Below are positions 26,998-40,949 of a stretch of 64,000 nucleotides of DNA, piece by piece. The stretch's first letter is position 1. The number at the start of each line of letters is the position of its first letter. The position numbers and the translations under genes were made by a program. Origin of the DNA: Octopus vulgaris (Eukaryota); assembly GCA_951406725.2 (NCBI GenBank), contig OX597815.1:114948001-115012000 (forward strand). The letters run 5' to 3'. The notes below the pieces were generated by a model. The model worked only from the letters and a program-made list of their open reading frames with translations. It was not told the DNA's origin and searched no databases.

Positions 26998-28299
26998 TAA
27001 AATATGACTAATAATATTGCTCCTCTTACAGCAAGAAGTCGGTTCTGCACTAGTCCTTTCTCTCATACGGTATCCCTCTCTACCTCTTAATTTCCTAGCA
27101 TTCATAGTCTTGCAAGCTGCATGGTAACCTCACTAGTGGAAGTGGCATGTAAAAAAGGGACTCAACACATGCTCTGAAGTGGTTTGCAGTAGAAAAGGTA
27201 TCAAGCCATAGAAGCCATCCCAAATAAACACTGGGGCATGATGTGGACCTTGGTCCAGAATTTTAAATAATGATGATGATATTGATGAGGGTGATTGAAT
27301 CTGGAGTGTGATACACAATATGGATTGTTGCTTCAGCCTTGACTAAATAAACTTACAACCAAAATCACTCCAGTTATGACCAACTTAACTGTTTTGGACT
27401 AATTAGAACATTATCTAATGTCCTTCTTTTTTAAGAGAGTAACACTTGATTTGAAGTAGACTTACTGCCTATATCTAGTACATCAGGCAACTATGAAAAG
27501 GTTCCTTCAGTTGGAGGAGAGTCAGCAATTTCAGAGATACAAGAGTCATGATAATAGTTGGTGAAAGATGCAGAGTGGAGCAAGAAATATATTATGGGCC
27601 ATTGCTTTGTCAGTGTTGACAAATGTGGGCCTGACTGTTAGAGGTGCAGCCTTTTCCTGAATGTTGCCTCTAATGTATGTGTGAGTTCAGTGGGTGCACT
27701 GTATTAGACAGACGAACAGTATACTGGTTGTAGTGTGTGTAACTGTGCTGTATTAAAGTTGACCATCTGTTTAAGCTTGAATCATCCTGAAGAGAAAGTT
27801 CAGCCTTTGTGAGACTATTGAGAAAATTGTCAGAGAAGAAATAGAACAAATTGAAAAACCAAACGTTGGTAGGAAGTTTGTTGTTTATAATTGAGTGCTG
27901 TTTAAGAAAAGTGAATGAAATATAGTAGATGTGATTTCTTCAGATATTTTTTATCTGTATTTTACTGCTATTGAAAAAGTCTTTGTTATTAACCCTCACT
28001 GCACTGATTAAATTTCTACTGGTGATGTAATATGCTAATCGTATAAAAATCAGTTCTTGCAGCTTCTTTCTAATGGCCAATAAAAATAATGTGCATTCTA
28101 TGTCATATGAAATGGAGAGAATTCCAGTAAGTACATCTCTATCAAAAACGAATTAACTCTTTTCCAGTGTCTAAAGTGTACATGCACAGAATCGAGTATA
28201 TTCAGATCCTGTACAGTAAGGGTGAAGCCACTCTCACCATTGCAACATGCATGTTAAGATGCTTTATAAGAAATACTGGAATAATTTTCTTCAGTGGAG

Positions 28300-29080
28300 G
28301 AAAAAGTTCTGAAGGTGTAGTTGCTACTATAAGAAGGGGCTGAGCAAAGTTCAGAGAGCTTCTACTTTTGTTGGTAACTAAGGGCCTCTCCCTCAAAGTG
28401 AATGCTACATGGCAGTGAAACATGGACCTTGACTACAGAGGACTTGTGAAGGCTTGAAAGAAATGAAGCTAGGATGCTCTGCTGGATGGGTAATGTCAGT
28501 GTGCATGCATGACAGAGTGTGAATGGTATAAGAGGAAAACAGAGTACAAGAGGCATCAGATGTTGTGTGCAAGAGAGAAGACTGCACTGGTTTGGTCATG
28601 TGATGTGTATAGATGAGGACAGCTGTATAAAAAAAGTGCTGATCTCTAATTGTGGAGGGAACCTGTGGAAGGAATAAACCTAAGATGTGGGACAAAGTGA
28701 TAAGAAGGGATCTTTGGATCCTGGGCCACACAGAGGAAATGACAAAGGACCGGGAGTTGAGGTGATTTGCTGTACTTGAGAAGACATGTTAAGCTAAGTA
28801 AAATTGCTGTCATCTATACATATAAGCTTGACCTTTATAGGTGCTGATACCACATAAAATGCACTTGTGCCAGTGTTGCATGAACACACTTGTGCTGGTG
28901 GCATGTAAAAAGCACCTAACACACTCTGTAAAGTTGTTGGCATTAGGAAGGGCATCCAGCTGTAGAAACCATGCCACAACAGACAATTGGAGTCTGGACA
29001 GTTCTCCAGCTGGCCAGCTCCTATCAAATTGTCCAACCCATGCCAGCATGGAAAATGGATGTTAAATGATGATGATGAAG
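28300..29080 (+). mobile_element. RTE LINE 3' fragment
   Basis: Homologous to 20900-21930 (GGCAGTGAAACATGG, GGCTTGAAAGAAATGAAG, CAAGAGAGAAGACTGCACTGGTTTGGTCATGTG) with a (GAT)n tail. Confidence 0.85.
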
Positions 29081-31639
29081 ATGGATAAGTCATGGATTAG
29101 TCATGCATGACATTTTTACAGGTCTTCTAAGACAGGTAGGAAGAAGGGAGGAAGTTATCTACATACTGAAGACACAGCTCAGATATCTGCTATAGGTGCC
29201 CATGGGCCAAAAGGTCGATGTTTTGATGTAGCGAGTTGGAAAGGTTTGATCCTGAAAATTGAAGTGTGAAGTGCAAAAGAGAATGTGGTTCAAGATAATA
29301 AATAGCAATAAAACCTATAGAGGCAAATAACTAAGCCCTGGCACACTCCTGAGTTGATAACATGGAGGACAGTGTCTGCTTGAGCATATTCAATTGTGAT
29401 ATACCTATTACATACACCGCATAAAATAAACCAAAGGGAAAGTCTTGTATTCAGCTTACATGCAAAAAATATTAGTGAATTTTTCCACGCATCACACATT
29501 ACCATCTTTAAAAAAGAGCACTTATGATATTGCAATCCTAGATACACAATGCCTAAAAAATACAAATGGTGGGATAGTCAAAGCTCAAATGCCTTTAATT
29601 CTAAGTTTATTCAATCAAGGCTGACCTGGAGCTAAATAACAACAACACCCCTAGAGCCACTCTGTTGCTTCTGCTAAATATTAATAAAAATATACATGTA
29701 ATATATATGTCACTATTGATCAGCCCACTGAATGTTGTTATACACCACTGGTCACAATTCCCTTCCTCACACTCTTATAGCTTTCAAATGATATCACTTT
29801 GCTGGCCAACATTCCTCCTGAATGGAACATCAGTCTGTCACAGGGTTACCCATTCACAGATGAGTGAACTGGGGCAACGTGGAATGAAGTGTTTTGCTCA
29901 AGAACATAGTGCACTGCCAGTCTGGGAATCAAAACCATGATCTTGCAATCATGAGTGCAACACCCTAACCACAAGGACATGCACCTCCACACACACACAC
30001 ACAGTGTGTTACTTGTCGTATGATGGGTAACTTTGAAAATATACTTTTGTCATCATTGGTAATATAAGGAAGTATGGCACACATACAGTTCTTGGTGCTT
30101 ACAAAAAACAATGAAATGAATACTAATTTGTTAAGCTCGATGGTATATATTCATTATTTGGATCAATGTGAAAGGCTATACATTGCTGCTTAGCATGCAA
30201 AAAATATCACTTAAACCTTCATCAAATTATATTCTATCATCATCATCATCATTTAATGTCCACCTTCCATGCTAGCATGGGTGGTATCATCCAAAAACAA
30301 AAAAATGATATATTGCAATTTGAAGAAGATTTGATTGTTATTTCTAGCAGGTCAAGTGTCTGCATAGCAGTCCTTTCATTGGCACATAGCCGTAAATATA
30401 ATTAAAAGAATTCTTTGAGCATTGGAGAAAATACTTTGTGATGTTCATTCCATTTCTATACTTAGTTCAAATTCCTCTTAAGTCAACCTTGTTTTTCATT
30501 TTTTCTAGGCTTGGTAAAATAGTAAGATTGCTTCTTAACATTGGCATTTTTCTCATTTTTATACAAGCCTTCTGAGTGAACTGTAGATAGGAGGGCCCTG
30601 AAAGGGGTTTCAGGGAGTAGCATCCCTGCCTTCCTGAGCTAGTTTTCCACCACATTTCTTAAAAATCATGGTAGAAGCCTTGGTCTTCAACCACTCATGT
30701 CTAGAAACTGAGGTTGGGGGTAAACAAGGGTATGCTCCTCATAGAAAATCCAGCTTCAGAAAAGCCTCATATTAGCAGAGAAGAATGGGCAACAGCCAGC
30801 CCAAAAGTTGGGGTGGGATGCACTTGCCTTCCTTGGTTGCTGTAGCATTGAGGTAAATCCAGCCACCCCCGCTAATGGGGACAAAACCTGAACTTAAAAC
30901 ACTGGATGATAATGATGATGATGATAATGAGTGAATTTGGTAGATGGAAATTGAAAGAAGCCCATCACACACACAAACACGTACATGTGTGCACATGCCT
31001 GTGTATGTATGAATGCATGTATATGTATGTATATGCATGTATGAGTGTGTATATATTAAGGTCTCCTTGTCTTGACATTGCATGGTTGTTGTAAATGAAC
31101 GTCATTCATCCCCCTCCTCCTCCTCATCATCATCATCAACATTTTTATTTATTTCAAATATTCTGAAAAATATGTTAGGCTATGGGGGAAATGTTACCTT
31201 GTTTGAAAACAAGTGAGGGTTGACAATAAGAAGAAGGGCATCCAGCCATAGAAAATTTGCCTCAATAACCTCTGTCCAATTCATACAAGCACAGAAAAGG
31301 AGACATTAAAACAATGATGATGATGATGATGATGATGATAACCATGAGTGCAGAGGAGTGGATGCATCCTTAGAGAATCAGAGAAAATGACAAGTGTTGC
31401 TTTTTCTTGTTCTTTTATGTTCTAGTTAATTTCGTCACCACCACCACCACCATCAACATCATCCTTTAATATCCATTTTCTATGTTGCTATAAATTGGAC
31501 AGTTTGACACAATCTGGCAAGGCCAAGAGCCATATCAATCTTCACTGTCTGTTTTGGTATGGTTTCGGCAATTGGATACCTTTCCTAACACCCACCATTT
31601 TACAGAGTGTACTGGATTCATTTTATATGGTGCCAGATA

Positions 31640-32105
31640 CTTTTTTACTTGTTTCAGTCATTTGACTGCGGCCATCTGGAGCACCACCTTTAGTCAAACA
31701 AATCAACCCCAGGACTTATTCTTTGTAAGCCTAGTACTTATTCTATTGGACTCTTTTGCCAAGCTGCTAAGTTACAAGGGGATGTAAACACACTAACATC
31801 GGTTGACAAGCAATGGTGGGAGTCAAACACAGACACACACACAAATATATACATACATATATATGTATATATATGTATATACATATATATATTTATATGT
31901 GTGTATGTGTATATATATATATATACATATATATATATACACGACGGGCTTCTCTCAGTTTCTGTCCACCAAATCCACTCACAAGGCTTTGGTCAGCTCA
32001 AGGCTATAGTAGAAGACACTTGCTCAAGGTGCCATGCAGTGAGACTGTATCTGGAACCATGTGATTGGGAAGCAAGCTTCTCACCACACAGCCACTCCTG
32101 CACCT
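31640..32105 (-). mobile_element. complete bipartite SINE
   Basis: Reverse complement of the tail, microsatellite and head consensus. Confidence 0.8.
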
Positions 32106-34835
32106 ATATTTTAAAGATAATGAGTCCAGGTTAAGTGGATTAGTAGAATTATTTGCAGATTGGGCAAAATGACTTGTGAAATTTGTTGTAGCTCTTTACA
32201 TTCTGACATTACCAATGAAATCAATGGTGCCAAACTGTATCAGACCTTGCTTTTGGTCTTGGACAACATTAATAGCTAGATGGAAAACTTACAGGTATAG
32301 GAAACTGGTGGTCATCTTTGGAAAATAAAGAAGAAAACTTGCCCAGGTTTACACTCTGGATAACTTTCTACGTGCAGTCACATGGTCTCTCTGACAAATA
32401 TTTCTAGAGATTAGAGAATTGGCAGAATCAGAAGAACAGGGAACAAAGTGTTTTGCAATATCCCTTTGCATTTAGAGTTTGGATCTTCACCAAAGACGAT
32501 ATTTTCATTCATTCTTCTAGGATTTAGGTTGATAAAATAAGCACCGGCCAAGTCTTGGAATGAACTAATTGACTGCTCCCACTCACTCCTCAAACAAGAT
32601 AAAAATTATGGCCATATATCTATGAAAAGATAAATCAATATGTATGATCCTGAAAGATGGTAGTGCCCTCAACAAAATAGTAGAGAGGAATTCTGCATGA
32701 AACAATATGACTTTGCTACTCTGGTAGTTATGATTACACGCAGAAAACACACATACTCGAGCCAGTGAAGAAGCCTCTACATGCTAGACATATCTCCTGC
32801 AGATCATACCCTACCATTAAAAGAAAATGACACGCTGGAGGTGTAGCCCTGAAAAAAAAAATTACGGAACAGTCTTAGTTGAAATAAATTTGCTCGGTCA
32901 GGGGTAATCTGAGGTTAAACAAGACAGAGTGAGCGCTATAGCACTGGTGGTAATCTCTTGGGAAAAAGGATCTCTAAGTCTCAGTCTGATTTCCAATTGT
33001 AACAACTTTAACTTACTCCAATAATACCATTGATGAAAGCAGGAGCCCCACAACATCCACACATTGTCTGAAAACAGTTGTGACCGCCTGCAGATGAGTA
33101 TTATCAAATCACAGAAAGTCAACAAATTGACTGCACTTGTCAAACAGGTTCGAAGGGGTAGAGGTGGATACTATCCATACACAAGCATGTATACGGGGCC
33201 AAAGAAGGAACCACTGTGCTTGGAGGGGCACCTTTTATTAGTAGAGGGGAGGGGCGAATTGTAGGCACATAAGAACCTGTTGTGACGCATTTGTGTGTGT
33301 GTGTGTGTAAGCAGTATGAATTGAAATACGACGGTAGAAAGCTGATATTGTTATGGGTATCGATAAAATAAATAGTCGTATGATGCAGGGTGGATGTAAT
33401 CTAACTAAAAATATGTGAGGCATTATAGGCATCAATATATGCATCTTTTTGCCTCAATTTTCTTTTGCTCTCCCGAACACATATACCCAAGTTATAAAGC
33501 AAGGGACTGTCGACCAGTTTTTAGCAATGTAATAAAACATATATTATATCATATAAACATTGGCACACTTCTCGTTTCTGACGGCTTGTTAGACGATACA
33601 TGTATATGCGCGTGTTCTTTGATGAAACTGCTGATAGTATTTAGAAACCATAAAGGCGGCGTGCTGGCAGAAGCGTTAGCACATCGGACAAAATGCTTAA
33701 CGGCATTTCGTCGAGGTGCTAGGGATCAATGCAATCGACTTGCCCTCACTCCACCAAAAAAAAAAAAAAAAATTTCTAGGCCCCGTGCTTAAAGTAGAAA
33801 GAATTACTTAAAAACCCAAGGGGTGGCGAACTGGCAGAGTCGTTGATGTAATCGGCTACCTATTCCCCTAACAAAATTTTGAGAACCCTATACTGTTCAC
33901 GCCGCAATACTCATTAAAAGTTTCAATTTAAGTTTTATTCTATAAAAATTGGCATCGTAAAGCCAAGCATGCAAAAACAATCGAGAACGACTGACAATAA
34001 AGCCAACGTGCCAATGAAGGAGCCTCTACGTATTTGAAATAGCAGTCAAATTCACTCACTACTAATTACATCTGGGGCGTCTTATACAAGAACAGAACAG
34101 AAATCATGTAGTCTTACATCAAAAAGGTGGGATAGTTATGGCTAGAATACTTTTGATCATAGGTCAGCTCGATCAGGGGTGACCTGTGGCTAAACATCAT
34201 CAACCAGAAAGGTATCGATCTTACGTAATTAGTGAAGGTCTCGAGTGATCAGACTACAACTACAATGGAAATTTTAAAAAAAAAGTGTTCAACAAACAAT
34301 TTGTCATTCTATTGAATGAAAATAGTCTGCTCTTCAAAAATAAAGTTAATCCTTTGGTTATAGACTAGTTTGAAGTTTGAGATAAGAAGAAAAAGAAAAG
34401 AAAAGTAGGTGTGAAGAAAGAAGTTGTTGTTTTCGATCTCTTGGTAAATTAGTTCCATTAAGTCTCCAAATTTTACAAGGACGAAGAAAATGAGAGTGAT
34501 GTGTCATTTTCTTATAACGTTTAGTGATGTTAAGAGAAAGTGAAATTGGATTAGAAACTTAAAGACGTAGTAGCGAGCTGAGTGGCATTAGCGACAAAGA
34601 ATATTTATTTCTCAGACACACACACACACACACATACATAAACAAAGACACATGGGCACATATATACATACTTATAAACGTCTGAGGAAAGCGTCAATGC
34701 CACGACCCACATCTTGACCAAAGCCTACATATTTGCCCCAGGTACGCCTGTTGTTCAAGGATCAGTTTATATTGTCTCTTAGGGCTTGCCGCTTTCCTTC
34801 ATGACCCTCGGATATGAACAACTGTCATCATCTTC

Positions 34836-34867
<32 letters not shown>

Positions 34868-34898
34868 GCCTGTGTGTGTATGTATGTATGTATGTATG

Positions 34899-34929
<31 letters not shown>

Positions 34930-35334
34930 CCAACCAAGCTACAGAGTTAGGATTCGGAAATGGTTGTGCTTCAGTGGAACGGTATACTTTCTGTCTGTGT
35001 AAAGCAGTAATGTGTTCAGTGTGTGTAAAAGTATGACTGGGTGACCGGGCGGTAAGCATAAACAGTCTGTTTGTGCCTTACCCTTTCGCGTTTCACACAA
35101 CCTCTTCCCCCAGACTGTAAGGAATTTCGGGAAGGTTTTCACGAAATATTCTTTGGAATTCTAGTTTCAGAAGCAATTGATATCTTTACCCATTGAGGAA
35201 GTAATTTTTGACGCTAATAGTGAACACACACACACACACACACACACAGATGTGTGTATATATCAATCTATCTGTCTGTCTATCTCTCTCTCTCTCTCCA
35301 CCCATCTATCTATCTATCTATCTATCTATCTATA

Positions 35335-35376
<42 letters not shown>

Positions 35377-35639
35377 GATAGATAGATAGATAGATAGATA
35401 GATGGATAAAAAGAAAGGAAGAAAAGAGGAAAGAGAGAAATAGTATACCACCAAGACATCAACCATGAAAATCTTATAGGTATTGCCATTTGTTAAGGGT
35501 TAGCATTAGAAAAACACAGAAAGAGCGCTCTCCACCCACCCTATATATAATACTACTATTATATACGTTGTACAATATATATATTTTATTTAATAATTGG
35601 CAGAACTTACAGAGTGACTCAAAGGCCTCTCTCTCTCTC

Positions 35640-35691
<52 letters not shown>

Positions 35692-38415
35692 GTAATGTAT
35701 AAATATATAAATACATGTGATGTATATGTATGTGTATACACACACACAAACACATGTGTGCGGTGTAAAATCGAATAATCGTAAAATGTCTGGTGCTTTG
35801 CGTAGGAGAGTTGAACCTGGACTTCGTTTATTCATTGTGTAGGAGATGGAAAGAGAAAGGTTGGGAGTCGGTGACGCATCCTATGATTAGTACTACTAAA
35901 TAGTAAGATTGGCAATAGATGAGGAATCAACAATGACGAGGAAATAAATAAGTATTAATGTATATTACATCGCTAAGGAAGATTTTATTCAAAAGGGTGT
36001 ATTTAAAAGGAGTAGTAGTCAAGAAGTAAAAAGATCTGCTATCGTTAAAAGGTATTTGTTTACTAAATCCGAAAAGACGGTTCCAAAAAGAGTCGAAAAT
36101 AAATAAATAAACAACCATGTCTTTGTCTATGCCTGATGCAGGAAAAGAGTTAATCATTTAGCAAAGCTGGAGAGAACGGATGAGTGTGAAAGCGCAGTTT
36201 GGGTGAAAGGAAAAAATATTTCCCGCCCCCGTCACTGGATAACGACCCAGACATTAGTGACCTTTTACATCTTGCTTATCGGGAACTGATGGTGAACTGT
36301 CCAGGCGAGAACTAATATGTCTGTTAGTCTGTGTTCACCTATCTGTGTAACTTTCTGTCTAGTATTCTGTCAGTATATTTATCTATATAATTATCGTCAT
36401 CGATCTATCTGTATACTTATCTATCGGCCTGTATATATATTTATATCTATCGATCTGTCTGTCTATCTATTTTCCTTTTCCGTTTATCGAAACGCGTGTA
36501 CAGAATGAATGGATCGGAGTATTTTTGTTAAAAGGAACAACACTTGTTCTTAAACCCCTACCCACGATTACTTATCAGTCCTAATCACTTATCATTCAGG
36601 TTTGATTTCGCCTTTCCTCCATGAAGGGTCGATAGAATAAGTACTATCACGGATATATTAAGTAGGCACTCGGCTTGCAGGAAACAACAGCCAAATCTTC
36701 CTAAAATTACACTTCACTGCTTTAGAAAGAAATGACACATTGGATAATGCAGTCCTAGATACACTACGACTAGAAAAATAAAAAGAAAGGATTGTCGTGG
36801 CCAGAATACTTTTGATCGTAGGGCTTCACAGGCAGATTGACCTAGGGCTAAATGATAGCAATTGACATGATTCAACTGATTATACTACCATCCCCGCAGA
36901 GTAGGGATTTTGAGCCTAGCGAAAAGAAATGAAAGCCTTATCGTGTCGCACGTTGCTTCTATATTTCTTGTTTATTTGTTTTGTATCGCATTGAATTGGT
37001 CTATAATATTGTTGCACTTGCGACATACAATAAGAATGTGAATAGCAATCATTAAAATTGAAGAAATCGTAGTCGATTTCAGCCAACGCTTAAAAATCAA
37101 GAGACCCTTTTATCCGTTTAAAATAAATAATACATATTGAAGGGAAACAATGAGTAAATAGCCGGAAAAAAAAAACGAAAAAAAAACAACTAATTAGTCA
37201 CTCAGTCTCCCCATCCACTTCACACTTCTACACACCGCTGGGAGAAGTTAAACAATAGATGTTCAAAATACTGGATTAATTGGATACACGTCTGAGATTT
37301 GGCGAGAAAAACCCTTGTTAACTAAAGGATTTATTCGTTTTTATTATTTGATTAGTTCCGGTTGGAACCCCTTTCACGAGACTTGAGCTAATGCATTATG
37401 TACGCCACAACATCCCAATCCCTTGTAAATCAGATCGTTGTGTCAATATAACAATTTTTTTTTTGTGGTCACGGTTGTAGCCATTCTACCTACATCGTAT
37501 TTGCTCTTTGGAGAAAAGCATTAACGTTACAGCATCCCAATTTTTACCTCTTTTTAAACTTGTAGCTTCGTACCTAATCGATAATTAATATTTTTGACGA
37601 GTAAGTATTTTCAGTTGTGAGAAACGAGGCGTTATAGACAAAGAAATATAGGTGTCAAGATGATGGATATCGAATAGAGAGAGAAAGACAGAATGAGAGA
37701 GAGACCACCTCTACCATTTTAAAGGTGATTCTGTCATTAAGAGTCCTATTGTGATTACCACTACAGCAATATCATCATCATCATCATTACCACCACCACC
37801 ACCATCATCATCGTCATCACCATCAACAGCATCATTATCATCATCATCACCAGTTGCTATCTAGTGGCAAGAAAGTTAACTTCTATAAGAAAGACGTTGT
37901 TGATGTGTAATTGTTTAGCCCCAGGTCAACCCTGACTGTGCAGACATGATCAAAAGCTATCCCGCTATGACAATTCCATCTTTTTCGTATATCCACGAAA
38001 TTCAGGATCACAATATATACAACGTGTTCTTTTGTAAGACTTGTTGGATGTAATTGAAGAACATTTGGCAGTAAGCTTCTAGCAGGAGAGAGACCACGTA
38101 AAGATTTCCTCGTAGGATTGACGTTGATGATAGGTTGTATTGATGGGGAAAATTGCGAACAGAGCAACGGAACAAACGATAAGATGTAACTAAGTTCATA
38201 CAGTTCTTTGTGCGCGTGTGTATTCATGTGTAATGCTGTTGGTTAAAGTGACCTTATTGTTTTTGTAGTCATAATAATGCATACAAGTCCAAGAATTTTA
38301 TAAACCGGAACATAGGAAGTTGGGTCATTCATACCTTTCTCAAGGGCACTGGTGATACATACTGATATATGTATGTATAAACATAAATGAGCATGTATGT
38401 ATGTATGTATGTTTG

Positions 38416-38464
<49 letters not shown>

Positions 38465-39214
38465 CTATTTATTTGTATGTGTAAATATTTGTGTGTTTAT
38501 GTGTATACAAAATATTTTGGTAAAAGGGTCGCTTCCAAGAGATATAAAAGATTGATAAATATTATATACATTTAAATTTAAAAAAAATTTGAAATTAGCT
38601 GTTCAGGGAATGGTTTAAAAGACTTTCTCAACATACTGGTTGAAAAGAAGAAAAAAAGAAAAGAAAAGAAGAAAAGCCAAAACAAAACCCCTCTTTATTT
38701 AGAAGTCGGGAAAACGGCTTGATCGGGACAGTAAAGGGTCAGAAATTCAAGTGAGAATGTGTAGTAGTATAATTAGAACTAAATAGTTAGAAAATACTAG
38801 TCAGCAACAACGAAATACTAAAACAGTAACGAAACACTAATCAACAGTAGTGAAACACTAAAACTCTAAGCGATTGATTTCTGGAAGACACCAGAACAAC
38901 AAGTGATGGAAGAACTGTTATTTAACACGATATCGAACTGACGGTTGAGAAAGTGAGAGGTGGAAGAGGGGGAGAGAGACAGACATACAGAATGACAAGA
39001 GATAGAAAAGGGTAGCGCAAATTGAAAGAGTTAACAGGGTTGCTGCTGTAAAAGGAAATAGAAGCGGCGTTAGAACAAGACAGACCAAACCATTCTTGTT
39101 TTCGTTTTATACTAACATTGCTGTTGTTGACTTATCGTGTTTAGCTCTTTCTCTACGCTGTCTCCTACATTCAACACCAACACTGAAGGTTCAGCAAGGT
39201 CTGATGTTACCTAC

Positions 39215-39274
39215 CTGTAGTTTGTAGTAATCATTCTGCTTCACTGCTTTGAATAAGTCGTCTTCCTTTCCCAT
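39215..39274 (-). CDS. first coding exon of a CASKIN/ANKS1-like ankyrin-repeat scaffold protein (MGKEDDLFKAVKQNDYYKLQ)
   Basis: ACA-ATG-G start context, 20 codons, then donor CAG|GTAGGT (phase 0). Resembles the N-termini MGKEQELVQAVK (CASKIN1) and MGREQDLILAVK (CASKIN2) as I recall them. Non-repetitive and CpG-rich. No downstream exon recognised, so the family call rests on 20 aa. Confidence 0.72.
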
Positions 39275-39360
39275 TGTTAGTTACCACCTCCACCAGTTGG
39301 ACTGGGACGACTGGACAGCTTATGCCCAGCACCACTAATACATCCACCCAGTATCGAGAC

Positions 39361-39417
39361 TTAGCGCGTCAGCAGCGGTGGTAATCCCTTACGCATCACC
39401 GCCATCGCCTTAGCCAT
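39361..39417 (-). promoter_or_regulatory. upstream ORF (MAKAMAVMRKGLPPLLTR*) in the putative 5' UTR, plus a minimal uORF ATG-TAT-TAG at 39335-39343
   Basis: Read directly from the sequence. Both stop before the main ATG at 39274. Confidence 0.5.
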
Positions 39418-39529
39418 AGTCGAAGAGGATCGGTTCCTGCGCGCTATGTAGGGGCACCCAACAACAGCAACAGTGGGGGCGGCAGGGCAGCTGTTACTGT
39501 CGCAGTTGTCTAGTACAGCGCATTTTGCT

Positions 39530-39640
39530 CAGTAGGTGGGACTTGATCTTACGTAATCGACTAGTGTGCTATATCCGAACAAGTGGGTGGAGCGTGCGTG
39601 ACGTAAATCAATCTGATTGGTCAATTGCTGGTAAGTCGTT
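39530..39640 (-). promoter_or_regulatory. putative proximal promoter of the minus-strand gene
   Basis: TTACGTAA 39549-39556 and TGACGTAA 39599-39606 (bZIP/CRE-like), and CCAATCAG on the minus strand at 39613-39620 (NF-Y box), just upstream of a GC-rich leader. Confidence 0.55.
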
Positions 39641-40269
39641 GCTACTAGTAAAATGCCGATTTGACTTATTCATTGTTCTTCCCAATACATTACTCGGAAG
39701 TTTCTTTCTTGCATCAGATATGAATCAATAGAGAAGTTAGTCATGAAGTTTTTAATAGCGTTTTATATCATTATATGCTCTCCGATATGAGCAAAGGAAA
39801 GTCTGAACAGAATAACATTAGTAAACATGAAATCACAAAGAAAACAGTCTCACGATTTATAGAAAAAAATCATTAGAGACTGAATCGAGAAAAATACTTC
39901 AAAGAAAAAGACAAAAAGAACTTTTCCAACCCAATAAGTCGTTACTAATTGATAGTTTTTTTTTTATTGACAAGCTAATAATTTAACGCTAATATGATAC
40001 CATAGACTTCATAAAGGATTTTACGTTTTTCTTTTTCTCAAAGCAGCAACACCGATTGAAAATTAAGAGAAAATGAAGCTTTCAGCCCAAACATTCATCA
40101 TAACTATCCAACTATTCATTAACCCGTGATTACAGTATCAGTTCTATTATATTTCGCAGTTTTTATTTCTTTTTCAAAGTGTCTTGTTAACGCATACGAC
40201 AGTTACAAAACTTTGAGTGGTTCATAAAAGCCAGAGTCAGTGCTTCAAAATAATTCTCAGTCAATGAGA

Positions 40270-40770
40270 ATCCTATTTGCTGGCTACCTGTGGTAGGCAG
40301 GCAATAGTATTTGCCTGTCACAAGTAGAAGTGAACCTCGAGTTTAATTTATCACCTACACTTCCAGAAGTCATGAGAGCAATTCCACAAATGTCCAGTGG
40401 CAAGATCGCTGGTCCAGGCATCATTGTTGTTGAAATGTATAAAGACTGACCTCTTCTAATCTATGTGAGAAGAAACGAAAATGCCAGCATTGTCCGGCGT
40501 TGTCTTGAGACAACTACAAAGGAATCTCCCACCTGCTGGCAAGTTCCTGGCCTGGGTTCTGCTCAATCTCCTGTTTGAACACCGAGAACAAAAACCTGCT
40601 CATGCTCCTGGAAAATCAATGTAGCTTCCATGCTGATCATAGGACTGTGAGCACGAACTTCGCCGTACACAAACTCCAAGGAAAATGCCAAGAGCAATAC
40701 TGCAACCTGTGCACTACTTTTATCAATCTAATGAAGATTTTTTTATGTCAGCAGAGACGACAGAGGAATG
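40270..40770 (+). mobile_element. RTE (BovB-like) LINE RT N-terminal remnant
   Basis: PTLPEVMRAIPQMSSGKIAGP...EMYK, DNYKGIS, LLENQCSF, KLQGKCQEQYCNLCTTFINLMKIF (cf. ESQCGF...LQEKC.EQ...FIDLTKAF). Confidence 0.8.
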
Positions 40771-40949
40771 ACTTCTGGCCACAAGGAGAATCGGTCAACA
40801 CAAATTAGTATATATACAATTCTGTGAAGGAGGTAATAGTATCACGCTGTCGATGTACAACTGCTGAAAACGAGTATCAGGAGTTGAGATTGCGCCGAAA
40901 CGTGTTTTAACGTGTAGCCGAAGCTGGGTATTTTGACATGCGACATGGC

